NCBI GenBank assembly: GCA_026770705.1
Contig: JANJGN010000016.1
Location: 86,242,001 to 86,306,000 of the forward strand
Direction: 5' to 3'
Origin: Isurus oxyrinchus
Taxonomy: Eukaryota
Length of the DNA: 64,000 nucleotides
In this document: positions 1 through 12,454 of the stretch, piece after piece
Layout: every line of letters starts with the position of its first letter
Position numbering within the stretch: position 1 is the first letter of the stretch
Made by a program: the position numbers and the translations under genes
Notes under the pieces: generated by a model
Databases searched by the model: none
What the model was told of the DNA's origin: nothing
What the model saw: the letters and a program-made list of their open reading frames with translations, nothing else

Positions 1-1675
1 GACAATCTACCCCTTTGCCCACTTGCCTGACACCCTAACCCTGACCCATTTACATGACACTCTACCCCCTCACTAAATTACCTAACACTCTACCCCCTCA
101 CCCACTTACCTGACAATCTACCCCCTCACCCACATTCATGCCACCCTAACACCTCGCCTACTTATGAAGACACTCTACCCCCTCACCCACTTGCCTGACA
201 CTCTACCCCCTCACCCACTTACCTGACAATCTATCCCCTCACCCACGTGCCTGATACCCTACTTCCTCACACACCTCCTTGACATCTACCCACTCACCAA
301 CTTACCTGCTACACTAACGCCTCACATAATTGCCTCATACTCTATCCACTCACCCACTTACCTGCCACCCTAGCCCCTCGCCCAATTGCCTGACACTCTA
401 TACTTTCACCCACTTTCCTGCCACCCTACTGCCTCATCCACTTGCCTGACATTCTTCCCCCGCACCCAATGGCCTGCCACCCTACCGCTCACCCACCTAC
501 CTTACACCCTACCCCCCTCAGCCACTTACCTGACATGCTAACACCTCACTCACTTAACTGACACTCTACCCCATCGCCAACTGATGCTGCTTCATCACAA
601 ATTTACTTTACGTCTACCCCCTCACCAACTTAACCTCCACCCAACCCTCTCATCCAGTCACATGGCACTCTACCCCCTCATCCACTTAACCACCACTCTA
701 TCCCCTTGCCCACCTGCCTGCCACACTACCCACTCACCATATTGCCTGTCACCCTACTCCTCACCAACTTGCCTGACACTCTACCCCCTCACCCACTTAC
801 CAGACACCCTACGCCCTCACCCATTTGCCTGACACTCTACCCCACTCACCCACTTAGCTGACACCACCCCTTCACCCACTTCCCTGCGATGCTACAATCC
901 TCAGCCACTTGCCTGCCCCCTACAAACACCCACCTGATTGCCAACATACCCACTGACCCACTTGCCTGGCACCCTATACCCTCACCCACTTATCTGATAG
1001 ACCATCCCCTCACCCATTTACGTGCAATCCTACCCCCTCACCCATTTACGTGCCATCCTACCCCCTCACCCATTTATGTGCCATCCTACCCCCTCACCCA
1101 CTTTCCTGCCATCGTACCCCCTCACCCTCTTTCCTGACACCTTATCCCCTCACACACTTGTCTGCCACAAAATCCCCCTCACCCACTTACCCGCCACTCA
1201 ATCCCCTTGCACACTTGGCTGACACTCTACCTCCTTACCCCCCATGCAAGCCAGACTACCTCCTCAGCCATAAGCCTGCTACCCTACTTCCTCACCCACT
1301 TGCCTGACACTCCACCCCCTCACACATTTCCCTGCTGCCCTACCCCCTCACCCCCCTCCCTGACACTCTACCCCCTCACCCCCCTCCCTGACACTCTACC
1401 CCCTCACCCACTTACAATGAAACCCTAACCTATCACCAACTTACCTGATACTCTACCCATTCTACCATTTGCCAGAGACTCTACCCCCTCACCCATTTAC
1501 CTGACACTTCACCCCCTCACTCACTTGCCTGATGCCCAACCCCCTCACCCACCTACCTGACACTTTAGCCCCTCACCCACTTGACTGATATTCTACCCCT
1601 TCACCCACTTACCTGACACACTACCCCTCACCCAATTGGCTGCCCCCTACCCCATCAATCACTTGCCAGACAATC

Positions 1676-1807
1676 GTCTGTTGAAGGGTCATGAGGACTC
1701 GAAACGTCAACTCTTTTCTTCTCTGCCGATGCTGCCAGACCTGCTGAGTTTTTCCAGGTAATTCTGTTTTTGTTTTGGATTTCCAGCATCCGCAGTTTTT
1801 TTGTTTT
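1676..1807 (+). mobile_element. Short Penelope-like element terminal fragment inserted in the 28-bp array
   Basis: Homologous to the 3' end of the GIY-YIG element at 9506-9610 (shared GATGCTG.CAGACCTGCTGAGTTTTTCCAGGTA). Flanked by AATC on both sides (1672-1675, 1808-1811), a possible target-site duplication; removing it restores the array unit. Confidence 0.8.
1678..1713 (+). ncRNA. Minimal type I hammerhead ribozyme motif with variant core
   Basis: CTGTTGA-A-GGGTC-atgag-GACTC-GAAAC-GTC: stem II, GAAA and GUC site present; core has T at the conserved A of CUGANGA and the 5' arm of stem I appears truncated. Confidence 0.55.
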
Positions 1808-4800
1808 AATCTACACACTCAACCACTTTCTTGACACTCTAACCCCTCACCCACTTGCCTGCCACCCTACCCCCTAAACCACTTGCCTGCCACCCTATCC
1901 CCTCTCCCACTTGCCTACCATGCTACGCCCTCACCCAAGTGCCTGACACCCTACCCCCTCACACACTTACCTGATACTTTACCCTCTCGCCCAATTGCCT
2001 GACACTCTACCCACTTACTCACTTGCCTGACACTCTAACCCCTCACCCACATTGCAGATACTCTAACCCCTCACACACATTGCAGATACTCTAACGCCTC
2101 ACCCACATTGCAGATACTCTAACGCCTCACCCACGTACCTGACACCCTACCCCCTCGCCTACTTATCGAGACACTCTACCCTCTCACACACCTACCTGAC
2201 ACTATACCCCCTCACCAACTTACCTGACACTATACCCCCTCACCCACTTACCTGACACTATACCCCCTCACCCACTTACCTGACACACTATTCCCTCACC
2301 CCTTGCATGCCACACTACCCGCTCGCCGTCTTGCCTGCCATGCTACGACCTCACTCACTTGTCTGATACCCTAGACCACTCACCCACGTACCTGACACTC
2401 TATCCCTTCACCCACTTCCCTACCCCTCAATGACTTGCCAGCCACCCTACACCTTCACCCACTTTCTTGACACTCTAGCTCCTCACCCACTTGCCTGACA
2501 CCATTCCCCATCACCCACTTTCCTGACATACTACCCCCTCACCCACTTGCCTGCCAAACTAACCCCTCACCCAATTAAATGACACACTACCCCTTCCCCC
2601 ACATGCCTGCCACCCTACCCCCTCACCCACTTACCTGACACTCAACCCTCTCAACCACCCACCTGGCACTCTACCCACTCGCCCAATTGTCTGACTCTTA
2701 ACAATACCCCCTCAACCACTTCCCTGACACTCAACCCCCTCACCCACTAGCATGCCACCCTACCCCCTCAGCCACTTACCTGATACTCTATCCCCTCACG
2801 CACTTACCTGATACCTTGCCCGTCACACACTTACCTGACACAGTACCCCATCAACCACTTTCCTGACACACTACCCTCTCAACCACTTGCCATCCACCCT
2901 ACAACCTCACCCAATTTCCTGACACTCTACCCCCTCATCCACTTACCTGACGCACTACCACCTCACCCAATTGCCTGTCACGCTACACCATCACCAAGTT
3001 GCCTGACACTTTACCCACTCACCCATTTTCCTGCCACCTTACCCCCTCACCACCTTGCCTGTCATGCGACGGCCTCACCCACCTATCTGACACTCTACTC
3101 TACACACTCACCCACTTGCCTGCCACCCCACCCCTCACCAACCTGCCTGACAACCTATCCCTGACCCATTTACCTGACACTCTCCACACTCACCCAATTA
3201 CCTGACACACTACCCACTCACCAACTTGCCTGTCACCCTCCCCTCTCACCCACCTACCTGACACACTACCCCCGCCCCTATTTGCCTGCCATAATTCCCC
3301 CTGACCCACTTGCCTGCCACCCTACCCCCTCACCCACTTACCTGACACTCTAACCCCTATCTCACTTGCCTTACACTGAACCCTCTCACCCACTTACCTG
3401 ACACCATGCCCCTCACCCAAGTACCTGGCACCCTACCCCCTCACCCACTTAACTGCCATTCTATTCCCTCACTCATTTAGCTGACTCACTACCCCCTCAC
3501 CCACTAAACTGACACTCTAACCTCTCACCCACTAAACTGATACTCTAACCCCTCACCCACTTACCAGATACTCTACTCTCTCTACCACTTACCTGACACT
3601 CTACTCCCTCGCAGACAAACCTGACACTCTATCCCCTCACCCACTTGATGCCCCATTCCCTCACCCACTTACCAGATACTCTACTCTCTTTACCACTTAC
3701 CTGACACTCTACCCTCTCGCCCACTCACCTGCCACCCTAACCCCTCACCCACTTCCCTGACAATCTAACCCCTCACCCATGTGCCTGCCACCCTACACCC
3801 TCCCTCATTTACCTGACACTCTACCCCCTCACCTAAATGCATGACACTCTACCCACTAACCCACCTATCTGACAATCTATCCCCTCACCCACTTGACTGC
3901 CACTCTGACATTTCATCCACTTACCTGCCACTCTACCCACTCACCCACTTGCCTGCCAGTCTATCCCCTGGCCAACTTACCAACCATCCTACCCCCTCAC
4001 CCACTTACCTGGCACCCTACCCCCTCACCCACTTACCTGGCACCCTACCCACTCACCCACTTGCCTGCCACCCTACCCCCTGGACAACTTACCAACCACC
4101 CTGCCCTCTCACATATTTACATGGCACCCTACCCCCTCACCCACTTACCCGCCATTGTAGCCCCTCGCCGACTTGCCTGTCACACTACTCCCTCACCCAC
4201 TTAACTACCACTCTGACCCCTCATCCTCTTTCCTGCCACTCTACCCACTCATCCACCTGTCTGCCACTCTACCCCCGGGCCAACTTAACAGCCACCCTAC
4301 CCTCTCACACACTTAAATGGCACCCTACCCGCTCACACACTTGCCAGCCACCCTACCACCTCACCCACTTGCCTGACACTCAACACCCTCACCTGCCACC
4401 CTCACCCACTTACATGACCCAGTATCCATCATATTAGTTCCTGACAATCTACCCCTTTGCCCACTTGCCTGACACCCGACCCTTTCGCCTGCCACCCTAA
4501 CCCTGACCCATTTACCTGACACTCTACCCCCTCACCAAATTACCTAACACTCTACCCCCTCACCAAGTTATCTGACAATCTACCCCCTCACTCACTTGCC
4601 AGCCACCCAATCTCCTCACCCACTTACCTGACATGCAAGCCCCTCACCTACCTTTCTGACACCCTACCACCTCACTCATTTGCCTGACGCCTTATCCCTC
4701 ACCCACTTGCCTGCCACTCTAATCTCTCACCCACTTGCCTGTCATGTTACGGCCTCACCCACATATCTCATACTCTACTCTACCCCCTCACTCACTTGCC

Positions 4801-7800
4801 TGCCACCCCACCCCCTCACCAACCTGCCTGCCAACCTAACCCTGACCCATTTACCTGACACTCCACCCCCTCACCCAATTACCTGACACCCAAACCCCCA
4901 TCCACTTACATGGCACTCTACCCCCTCATCCACTTAATCACCACTCTATCCTCTTGCCCACTTGCCTGCCACACTACACCCTCACCATATTGCCTGTCAC
5001 CCTACTCCTCAACAACTTGCCTGCCTCTCTACCACCTCACCCACTTTCCTTTCATGCTATGCCCTCACCCACTTGCCTGAAACTCTACCCCTCACCCATT
5101 TTCCTGCCACCCTACCCCCTCACCCACTTGCCTGTCATGCTACACCCTCACCTACCTATCTGACACTCTACCCCTCACCCACTTGCGTGCCAACCTACCC
5201 CCTCACCAACCTGCCTGCCAACCTAACCCTGACCCATTTACCTGACACTCTACCCCCTCACCCAATTACCTGACATTCTATCCCCTCACCAAGCTGTCTG
5301 TCACCCTCCCCTCTCATCCACTTACCTAACCCACTAACCCCCTCATGCACTTACCTGACACTGTACCAACTCACCCACTTACCTGACACACTACCCCCCT
5401 CTCCCACTTGCCTGCCCCCCGACACACTTGCCTGCCACCCTAACTCCTCACCCACTTACCTGAAACTCAAGCCCCTCACCCGCTTGCCTGCCACCCTAAC
5501 TCCTCACCCACTTACCTGACATTCTATTCTCTATCCCATTTGCCTTACACTGAACCCTCTCACCCACTTACCTGTCACCATGCCCCTCACCCAACTACAT
5601 GACACCCTACCCCCTCACCCACTTGTGTGCCACCCTAACCCCTCATCCACCTACCTGACAATCTATCCCCTCACAGACTTACCTGTTACTCTGCCCCTCA
5701 CCCATTACCTGACACACTACCCAGTAAACCAATTGCCTGACTCCCTACCCTCTCAACCACTTGCCACCCACTCTATACCCTCACATAATTTCCTGACACT
5801 CTACCCCCTCATCTACTTGCCTGCCACCCTATCACCTCACCCACTTACCTGTCACACTACCCCCTCACCCACTTGCCTGCCATCCTACCCTCTCACCCAC
5901 TTGCCTGTCATGCTACACCTTCACAGACTTGTCTGTCATGCTACGGCCTCACCCACCTATCTGACACTCTACTCTAACCCCTCACCCACTTGCCTGCCAC
6001 CCCACCCCCTAAACAACCTGCTTGCCAACCTAACCCTCACCCATTTACCTGACACTCTCCACACTCACCCAATTACCTGACACACTACCCACTCACCAAC
6101 TTGCCTGTCACCCTCCCCTCTCACCCACCTACCTGACACTAGCCCCTCCCACACTTGCCTGCCATAATTCCCCCTGACCCACTTGCCTGCCACCCTACCC
6201 CCTCACCCACTTGCCTGCCACCCCACCACCTAAACAACCTGCTTGCCAACCTAACCCTGACCCAATTACCTGACACACTACCCACTCACCAACTTGCCTG
6301 TCACCCTCCCCTCTCACCCACCTACCTGACACACTACCCCCTCCCCTATTTGCCTGCCATAATTCCCCCCTGACCCACTTGCCTGCCACCCTACCCCCTC
6401 ACCCACTTACCTGACACTCTATCCCCTATCTCACTTGCCTTACACTGAATCCTCTCATGCACTTACCTGACACTTTGCCCCTCACCCAAGTACCTGGCAC
6501 CCTACCCCCTCACCCACTTACCTGACACTCAACCCCCTCACCCACTTACCTGACACTCTATCTCCTCACATACTTGCCTGACACTCTACCCCCTCACCAA
6601 TTTTCCTGTCGCCCTACCCCCTCATCCACCTACCTGACACTCTACCCCCTCAACCACCCACCTGGCACTCTACCCACTCACCCAATTGCCTGACTCTTAA
6701 CCTCTCAACTACTTACCAGCCACCGTACAACCTAACACAATTTCCTGACACTCTACCCCTCTCCCACTTGCCTGCAACACTACGCCCCCCATCCACTTGC
6801 CTGACACCCAACCCCCTCACCCACTTTCCTGCCCCCTACTGCCTCATCCACTTGCCTGACAATCTACCCCATCACCCAATGGCCTGTCACCCTACCCATC
6901 ACCCACATACCTGATACTCTACCCCCTCATCCTCTTACCTGACACACTACCACTTCAACCACTTACCTGACACGCTAATACCTCACACACTAAACTTACA
7001 CTTTACCTCCTCACCCACTTACCTGACAATCTACCCCCTCGCCCACTTGCCTAACACTCTACCTACTCAGCCACTTGCCTGCCACCCCACCCCATGGCTA
7101 ACTCACCTGTCACCTTACCCACTCACACAATTTCTTGACACACTACCCACTCACCCAATTACCTGACACCTCCCCCCTCATCCACTTACCTAACTCACTA
7201 CCCCCTCACCCACTTACCTAACTCACTACCCCCTCACCCACTTACCTAACTCACTACCCGCTCACCCAATTACCTGACACCCTCCCCACTCATCCACTTA
7301 CCTAACTCACTACCCCCTCACCCACTTAACTGAAACTCTAACCCCTCCACCACTTGCCTGATACTCTACCCCCTCCCCCTCTTGCCTGACACCCTACCCA
7401 CTCAACCACTTGTCACCCACCCTACACCCTCACCCACTTTCCTGAAACTTTAACCCCTCACCCACTTGCCTGCCATCCTATCGCCTCACCCACTTACCTG
7501 ACACACTAGCCCGTCACTCCCTAACCTGACACGCTACTCCTTCCTGAACATTACCCACTTACCCACTTGCCTGAAACTCTACCCCCTTGCCCACTTACCT
7601 GACACTCATCCCTCCCTCCCACTTGCCTGACTCTCTACCCCCTTGCTCACTTGCCTGACACTCTAATCCCTCACCACTTACTTGACACTCTACCCCCTCA
7701 CCCACATTCATGCCGCCCTACACCCTCGCATACTTATCGAGACACACTACCCCGTCACACACTTTCCTGTCACCCGACCCTATCACCCACTTACCTGAAA

Positions 7801-9171
7801 ATCTACCCCCTCACCTATCTGCCTGACAATCGATCCATTCACCCACTTGCCTGCTACACTACCCCATCACAAACTTACCTGTCAACATACCCCCTCACAC
7901 ACTTACCTGACACACGACCCTCTCAACCACTTGCCAGCCACCCTACAACCTAACCCAATGTCCTGACACTCTGCCCCCTCTCCCACTTGCCTGCCACCCC
8001 ACCACCTGATCCACATTCCTGCCACCCTACTGCCTCATCCACTTGCCTGACATTCTACCCCCTCACCCACTTACCTGATAATCTACCCCCTCGCCCACTT
8101 TCCTGACACACTACTTCCTCATAAATGTACTTGACATATACCCCCTCACCCACTTACCTGATAATCTACCCCCTCGCCCACTTTCCTGACACACTACTTC
8201 CTCATAAATGTACTTGACATATACCCCCTCACCCACTTTCCTGATAATCTACCCCCTCACCCACTTACCTGCCACTCCGCCCCCTCACCAATTGCCTGAC
8301 ACTCTACCTCATCTTTCACTTGCCTGTCACCCTACTTACTCACCAACTTGTCTGTCACTCTTCCACCTCACCCACTTGCCTGACACTCTACCCCCTCAGC
8401 AGCTTACCTGACACAGTACACCTTCACCTTCGTTCCTGACAATCTACCCCCTCACCCACTTGCCTGACATACTACCCACCCACCCAGTTGCCTGTCCTGT
8501 TACCCCCTCACCCATTTGCTTGACACACTACCCCCTCACCCACCCACCTTACATTCTACCCCCTCCCCCACCCACCTAACAACCTAACCCCTTGCCCAAT
8601 TACCTGACACTCTGCCCCTTCACCCACTTGCCTGACAACCTACCCCTCACCCACTTACCTGCCAATCTACCCTCTACCCACTTGACTGCCACCCCATCCC
8701 CTCACCCATTTGCCTGCCATTCTACCCCCAGCCACTTGCCTGCCACCCTATCACCTCACCTACTTACCTGTCACACAACCCCATTACTCCCTAACCTGAC
8801 ACTCTACCCCCTCACCCACTTACCTGACACTCTACACCCTCACCCACTTACCTGACACTTTACCCCCTCATCGACTTACCTGACACTCTAACCCCTCACC
8901 CACTTACTTGACACTCTACCCCCTCACCCACTTACCTGCCACTCTACCCCCTCACCCACTTACCTGACACTTTACCCACTCACCCACTTACCTGACACTC
9001 TACCCCCTCACCCACTTACTTGACACTCTACCACCTCACAAACTTACATGACACTCTACCCCCTCACCCACCTACCTGACACTTTACCCCCTCACCCATT
9101 TACCTGACACTCTATCCACTCACCCACTTACTTGACACTCTACACCCTCGCACACTTACTTGACACTCTAC

Positions 9172-9505
9172 AGCGCAGGTGAATATAGAAATAGGAGGTT
9201 AGTCCAGATGAACGTGTGGATGGAGAGGTGAAGCAGGAGGGAGGGTTTTAGATTTATGGGACATTGGGATGGTTTCTGGGTCGATGGGACCTGTAACAAG
9301 GTGGATGGGTTGCACCTGAACCGAAATGGGACCAACATCCTTGCGGGAGTTTTGCTAGTGCTGTTGGGGAGGGTTTAAACTAACTTGGCAGGGGGTTGGG
9401 ATCCTGAGATTAGATTCAGCAGGGGGAGGTGCACTGCCAAATTTCGAAGAGAGAGCAAGTGAGTCACGAAGGCATAGAAATTATAGGCCAGTTAAGACAC
9501 AAGGG
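9172..9505 (+). mobile_element. CR1 LINE fragment, ORF1 C-terminal SGNH-esterase region (degenerate)
   Basis: Conceptual translation ...YRNRRLVQMNVWMER*SRREGFRFMGHWD...DGLHLNRNGTNILAG matches the CR1 ORF1 esterase motif DGLHL; stop and frameshifts present. Confidence 0.8.
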
Positions 9506-10560
9506 ACAAAAACATAAATACCTGGAAAAACTCAGCAGGTCTGACAGCATCTGCAGAGAGGAATACAGTTAACGTTTCAAGTCCACATGACTCTTCATCA
9601 GAGCTAACGAAATAGAGAAATGAGGTGAAATATAAGCTGGTAGAGGGGGGTGGGGGGCACAGGTAGAGCTGGATAGGGGGCCAGTGATAGGCAGAGGCAA
9701 AGAAGAGATTGCCAAAGATGTCATAGACAAAAGGACAAAGGGGGGTTGATGTTGGTGTTATTACCTAAGGAATGTGCTAATGGGGACATTAAGAGTAGCA
9801 AGCAGGACAAGCTAGTGGCAGATGGCCCTAGTGGGGGTGGGGTGTGGGGAGGGGATGGAAATGGGCTCAAAGGTGGAGATAAAACAATAGATCGAAATAA
9901 ATTTAAAAATAGGTGGGAAAAGAAAAATATAAACTTTTTTAACTTATAAATTATTGGAAAAAGGGGGATAGGAAAGGGGGTGAGGATGGAGGAGAGAGTT
10001 CATGATCTGAAATTGTTGAACTCAATATTCAGTCCGAAAGGCTGTAAAGTGCCTGGTCGGAAGATGAGGTGCTGTTCCTCCAGTTTGTGTTGAGCTTCAC
10101 TGGAACATTGCAGCAGGCCAAGGATGGACATGTGGACATGAGAGCAGGGTGGTGTGTTGAAATGGCAAGCGACAGGGAGGTCTGGGTCATGTCTGCTGAC
10201 AGACCGAAGGTTTTCTGCAAAGCGGTCACCCAGTCTGCGTTTGGTCTCTCCAATGTAGAGGAGACCGCATTGGGAGCAGGGAATGCAGGAGACCAAATTG
10301 AGGGAAGTGCAAGTAAAATGCTGCTTCACTTGAAAGGAATGTTTGGGCGCTTGGACAGTGAGGAGGGGGGAAGTAAAGGGGCTGATGATGCACCTTCTGT
10401 GGTTACATGGGACGGTGCCGTGTGAGGGGATTGAGGTGTGGGGGGTGATGGAAAAGTGGACCAGGGTGTCCCAAAGGGAATGATCCCTACGGAATGCCGC
10501 CGTGGTGGGGGGGTGAAGGGAAGATGTGTTAGGTGCTGGAGTTGGTGGAAATGGCGGAGG
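9506..10560 (-). mobile_element. 5'-truncated Penelope-like retroelement (GIY-YIG endonuclease C-terminus plus 3' terminal region)
   Basis: ORF 10000..10686(-) contains FTCTSLNLVSCIPCSQCGLLYIGETKRRLGDRFAE...PVACHFN...GTLQPFGLNIEF, the Penelope GIY-YIG domain; followed by a UTR and a hammerhead-bearing terminus. Confidence 0.92.
9566..9606 (-). ncRNA. Minimal type I hammerhead ribozyme motif of the Penelope-like element
   Basis: Minus strand TAGCT-CTGATGA-A-GAGTC-atgtg-GACTT-GAAAC-GTT-AACTG: intact CUGAUGA (9595-9601) and GAAAC (9574-9578), 5-bp stem II, 4/5 pairs in stem I, palindromic minimal stem III. Confidence 0.75.
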
Positions 10561-10901
10561 AACGGTGATATATTTCCAAGTCAGGATGGCGAGCGACTTG
10601 TAGGGGAACTTCCAGATGGTGATGTGCCCATCTATCTGGTGCTCATGTCCTTCTAGATGGTCATGGGTTTGGAAGGTGCTGCTCATGCAGCCTTGGTGAG
10701 TTTCTGCAGTGCATCTTGTAGATGGTACACACTGCTGCTACTGTGCGTCGGTGTTGGAGGGAGTGAATGTTTGTGGAAGGGGTGCCAATCAGGCGGCTGC
10801 TTTGTCCGGGATGGAGTCCAGCTTCTTGAGTGTTGTTGGAGTTCCAATCATCCAGGCAAGTGGAGAGTCTTCCATCAAACTCCTGACTCTGCCTTGTAGA
10901 T
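10561..10901 (-). mobile_element. Non-LTR retrotransposon (CR1/L2 group) ORF2 C-terminal fragment
   Basis: Reverse complement aligns with 53201-53490 (ACAACACTCAAGAAGCT...GTGTGTACCATCTACAAGATGCACTGC...AGCACCTTCCAAACCC); contains a YKxxVRxxME-like post-RT motif. Confidence 0.8.
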
Positions 10902-11559
10902 TATAAATTCACCTTTTCCATTGGTTTAGGCTGTGAATCACCTCGTGTGACCCCACCTCTGGAAGGAGAGCCATGTGGGCTAAAGACAAATATCCATCCC
11001 TTGTTTCCTGGGAGACCAGATTTTACATTTCACTGTGAACTTTTTAACCATTCCTTCAAACCTGGGGCTGCTGAATCCAGACTCTGAGGCAACGGAAAGT
11101 CAGAAAACAATGAAGTGTATTTTCCCACCAGTAACTGTCTCCCTGTAACGTACCCCAACAGCCTTGACTGGCGAGTGTCTCACCAACAGAAATTCACCCT
11201 GAACCATTCAATTTAAAATGTGCTCAACAATAAAATCCATTGATGTTACAGACCAACAACAACCCTAAACATTCGGAGCATTATCAAAATTTACCATAAA
11301 TAGAATTTGTAGTTGGGCATTCACTCGTCACTCGGAACACTGGAGTTGTTCCAGCTGGTGGGATCATGCTGTGCACTTTGTGCTGACTGCTGGGTAATGC
11401 CTGAAATGAGCTCGGGGAAATCTCAGGTCTCGAGGACACAGTCACAATGTTCATTTCTCTCTCCTTAACCCGGGGTTCATGATAACAGCACAAAAGTGAC
11501 CCGAGTGAGGACTCAGATTACAGAGAGGAGCAGTCAGGATATCACAATGTACATGACCC

Positions 11560-12452
11560 TGTGTGTGCGTGTGACTATGACCCAGAACTGTCTGTAGGTG
11601 TGTGTCTCTGTGTGTGGGTGTGTTACCCAGTACTGTCTGTAGGTGTGTGTCTCTGAGTGTGGGTGTGTTACCCAGTACTGTCTGTAGGTGTGTGTCTCTG
11701 AGTGTGGGTGTGTTACCCAGTACTGTCTGTAGGTGTGTGTCTCTGAGTGTGGGTGTGTTACCCAGTACTGTCTGTAGGTGTGTGTCTCTGAGTGTGGGTG
11801 TGTTACCCAGTACTGTCTGTAGGTGTGTGTCTCTGAGTGTGGGTGTGTTACCCAGTACTGTCTGTAGGTGTGTGTGTCTCTGAGTGTGGGTGTGACTGTT
11901 ACCCAGTACTGCCTGTAGGTGTGTGTCTCTGAGTGTGGGTGTGTTACCCAGTACTGTCTGTAGGTGTGTGTCTCTGAGTGTGGGTGTGTTACCCAGTACT
12001 GTCTGTAGGTGTGTGTCTCTGAGTGTGGGTGTGTTACCCAGTACTGTCTGTAGGTGTGTGTCTCTGAGTGTGGGTGTGTTACCCAGTACTGTCTGTAGGT
12101 GTGTGTCTCTGAGTGTGGGTGTGTTACCCAGTACTGTCTGTAGGTGTGTGTCTCTGAGTGTGGGTGTGTTACCCAGTACTGTCTGTAGGTGTGTGTGTCT
12201 CTGAGTGTGGGTGTGACTGTTACCCAGTACTGCCTGTAGGTGTGTGTCTCTGAGTGTGGGTGTGTTACCCAGTACTGTCTGTAGGTGTGTGTCTCTGAGT
12301 GTGGGTGTGTTACCCAGTACTGTCTGTAGGTGTGTGTCTCTGAGTGTGGGTGTGACTGTTACCCAGTACTGCCTGTAGGTGTGTGTCTCTGAGAGTGGGT
12401 GTGTTACCCAGTACTGTCTGTAGGTGTGTGTCTCTGTGTGTGGGTGTGTTAC
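11560..12452. repeat. 45-bp minisatellite (TGTTACCCAGTACTGTCTGTAGGTGTGTGTCTCTGAGTGTGGGTG), ~19 copies, with 51-bp variants
   Basis: 45-bp period read directly; 15-aa repeat in ORF 11451..12587. Confidence 0.97.
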
Positions 12453-12454
12453 TC

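Larger units (their letters stand above)
1..9170. repeat. Degenerate 28-bp tandem array (consensus ACACTCTACCCCCTCACCCACTTRCCTG), C-rich on +, runs off the window start
   Basis: 28-bp period is clear in the near-perfect units at ~8797-9170; length/period gives roughly 320 copies; interrupted only by the insert at 1676-1807. Confidence 0.95.

Noticed and set aside
1-9170. CRISPR-like array or telomeric repeat
   Set aside because: Units are contiguous and degenerate with no unique spacers or cas genes; CCCTAA occurs only sporadically; the context is vertebrate.
1-9170. Recursive splice sites (CAG|GTAAGT)
   Set aside because: The sequence upstream of each AG is purine-rich with no polypyrimidine tract, so acceptor function is unlikely.
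10000-10686. 228-aa ORF as an intact gene
   Set aside because: It is a chance fusion of a LINE fragment with a truncated Penelope endonuclease; no RT domain.
10925-10945. Minus-strand RGDSQPK resembling the start of a shark kappa C exon
   Set aside because: A stop follows within seven codons, there is no Cys/Trp framework, and the acceptor is poor.
11031-11037. Perfect heptamer CACAGTG on the minus strand
   Set aside because: No credible nonamer at 12 or 23 bp and no adjacent coding segment.
11284-11493. ORF containing VTVSS, like a heavy-chain J
   Set aside because: No WGxG/FGxG motif, RSS or splice donor.
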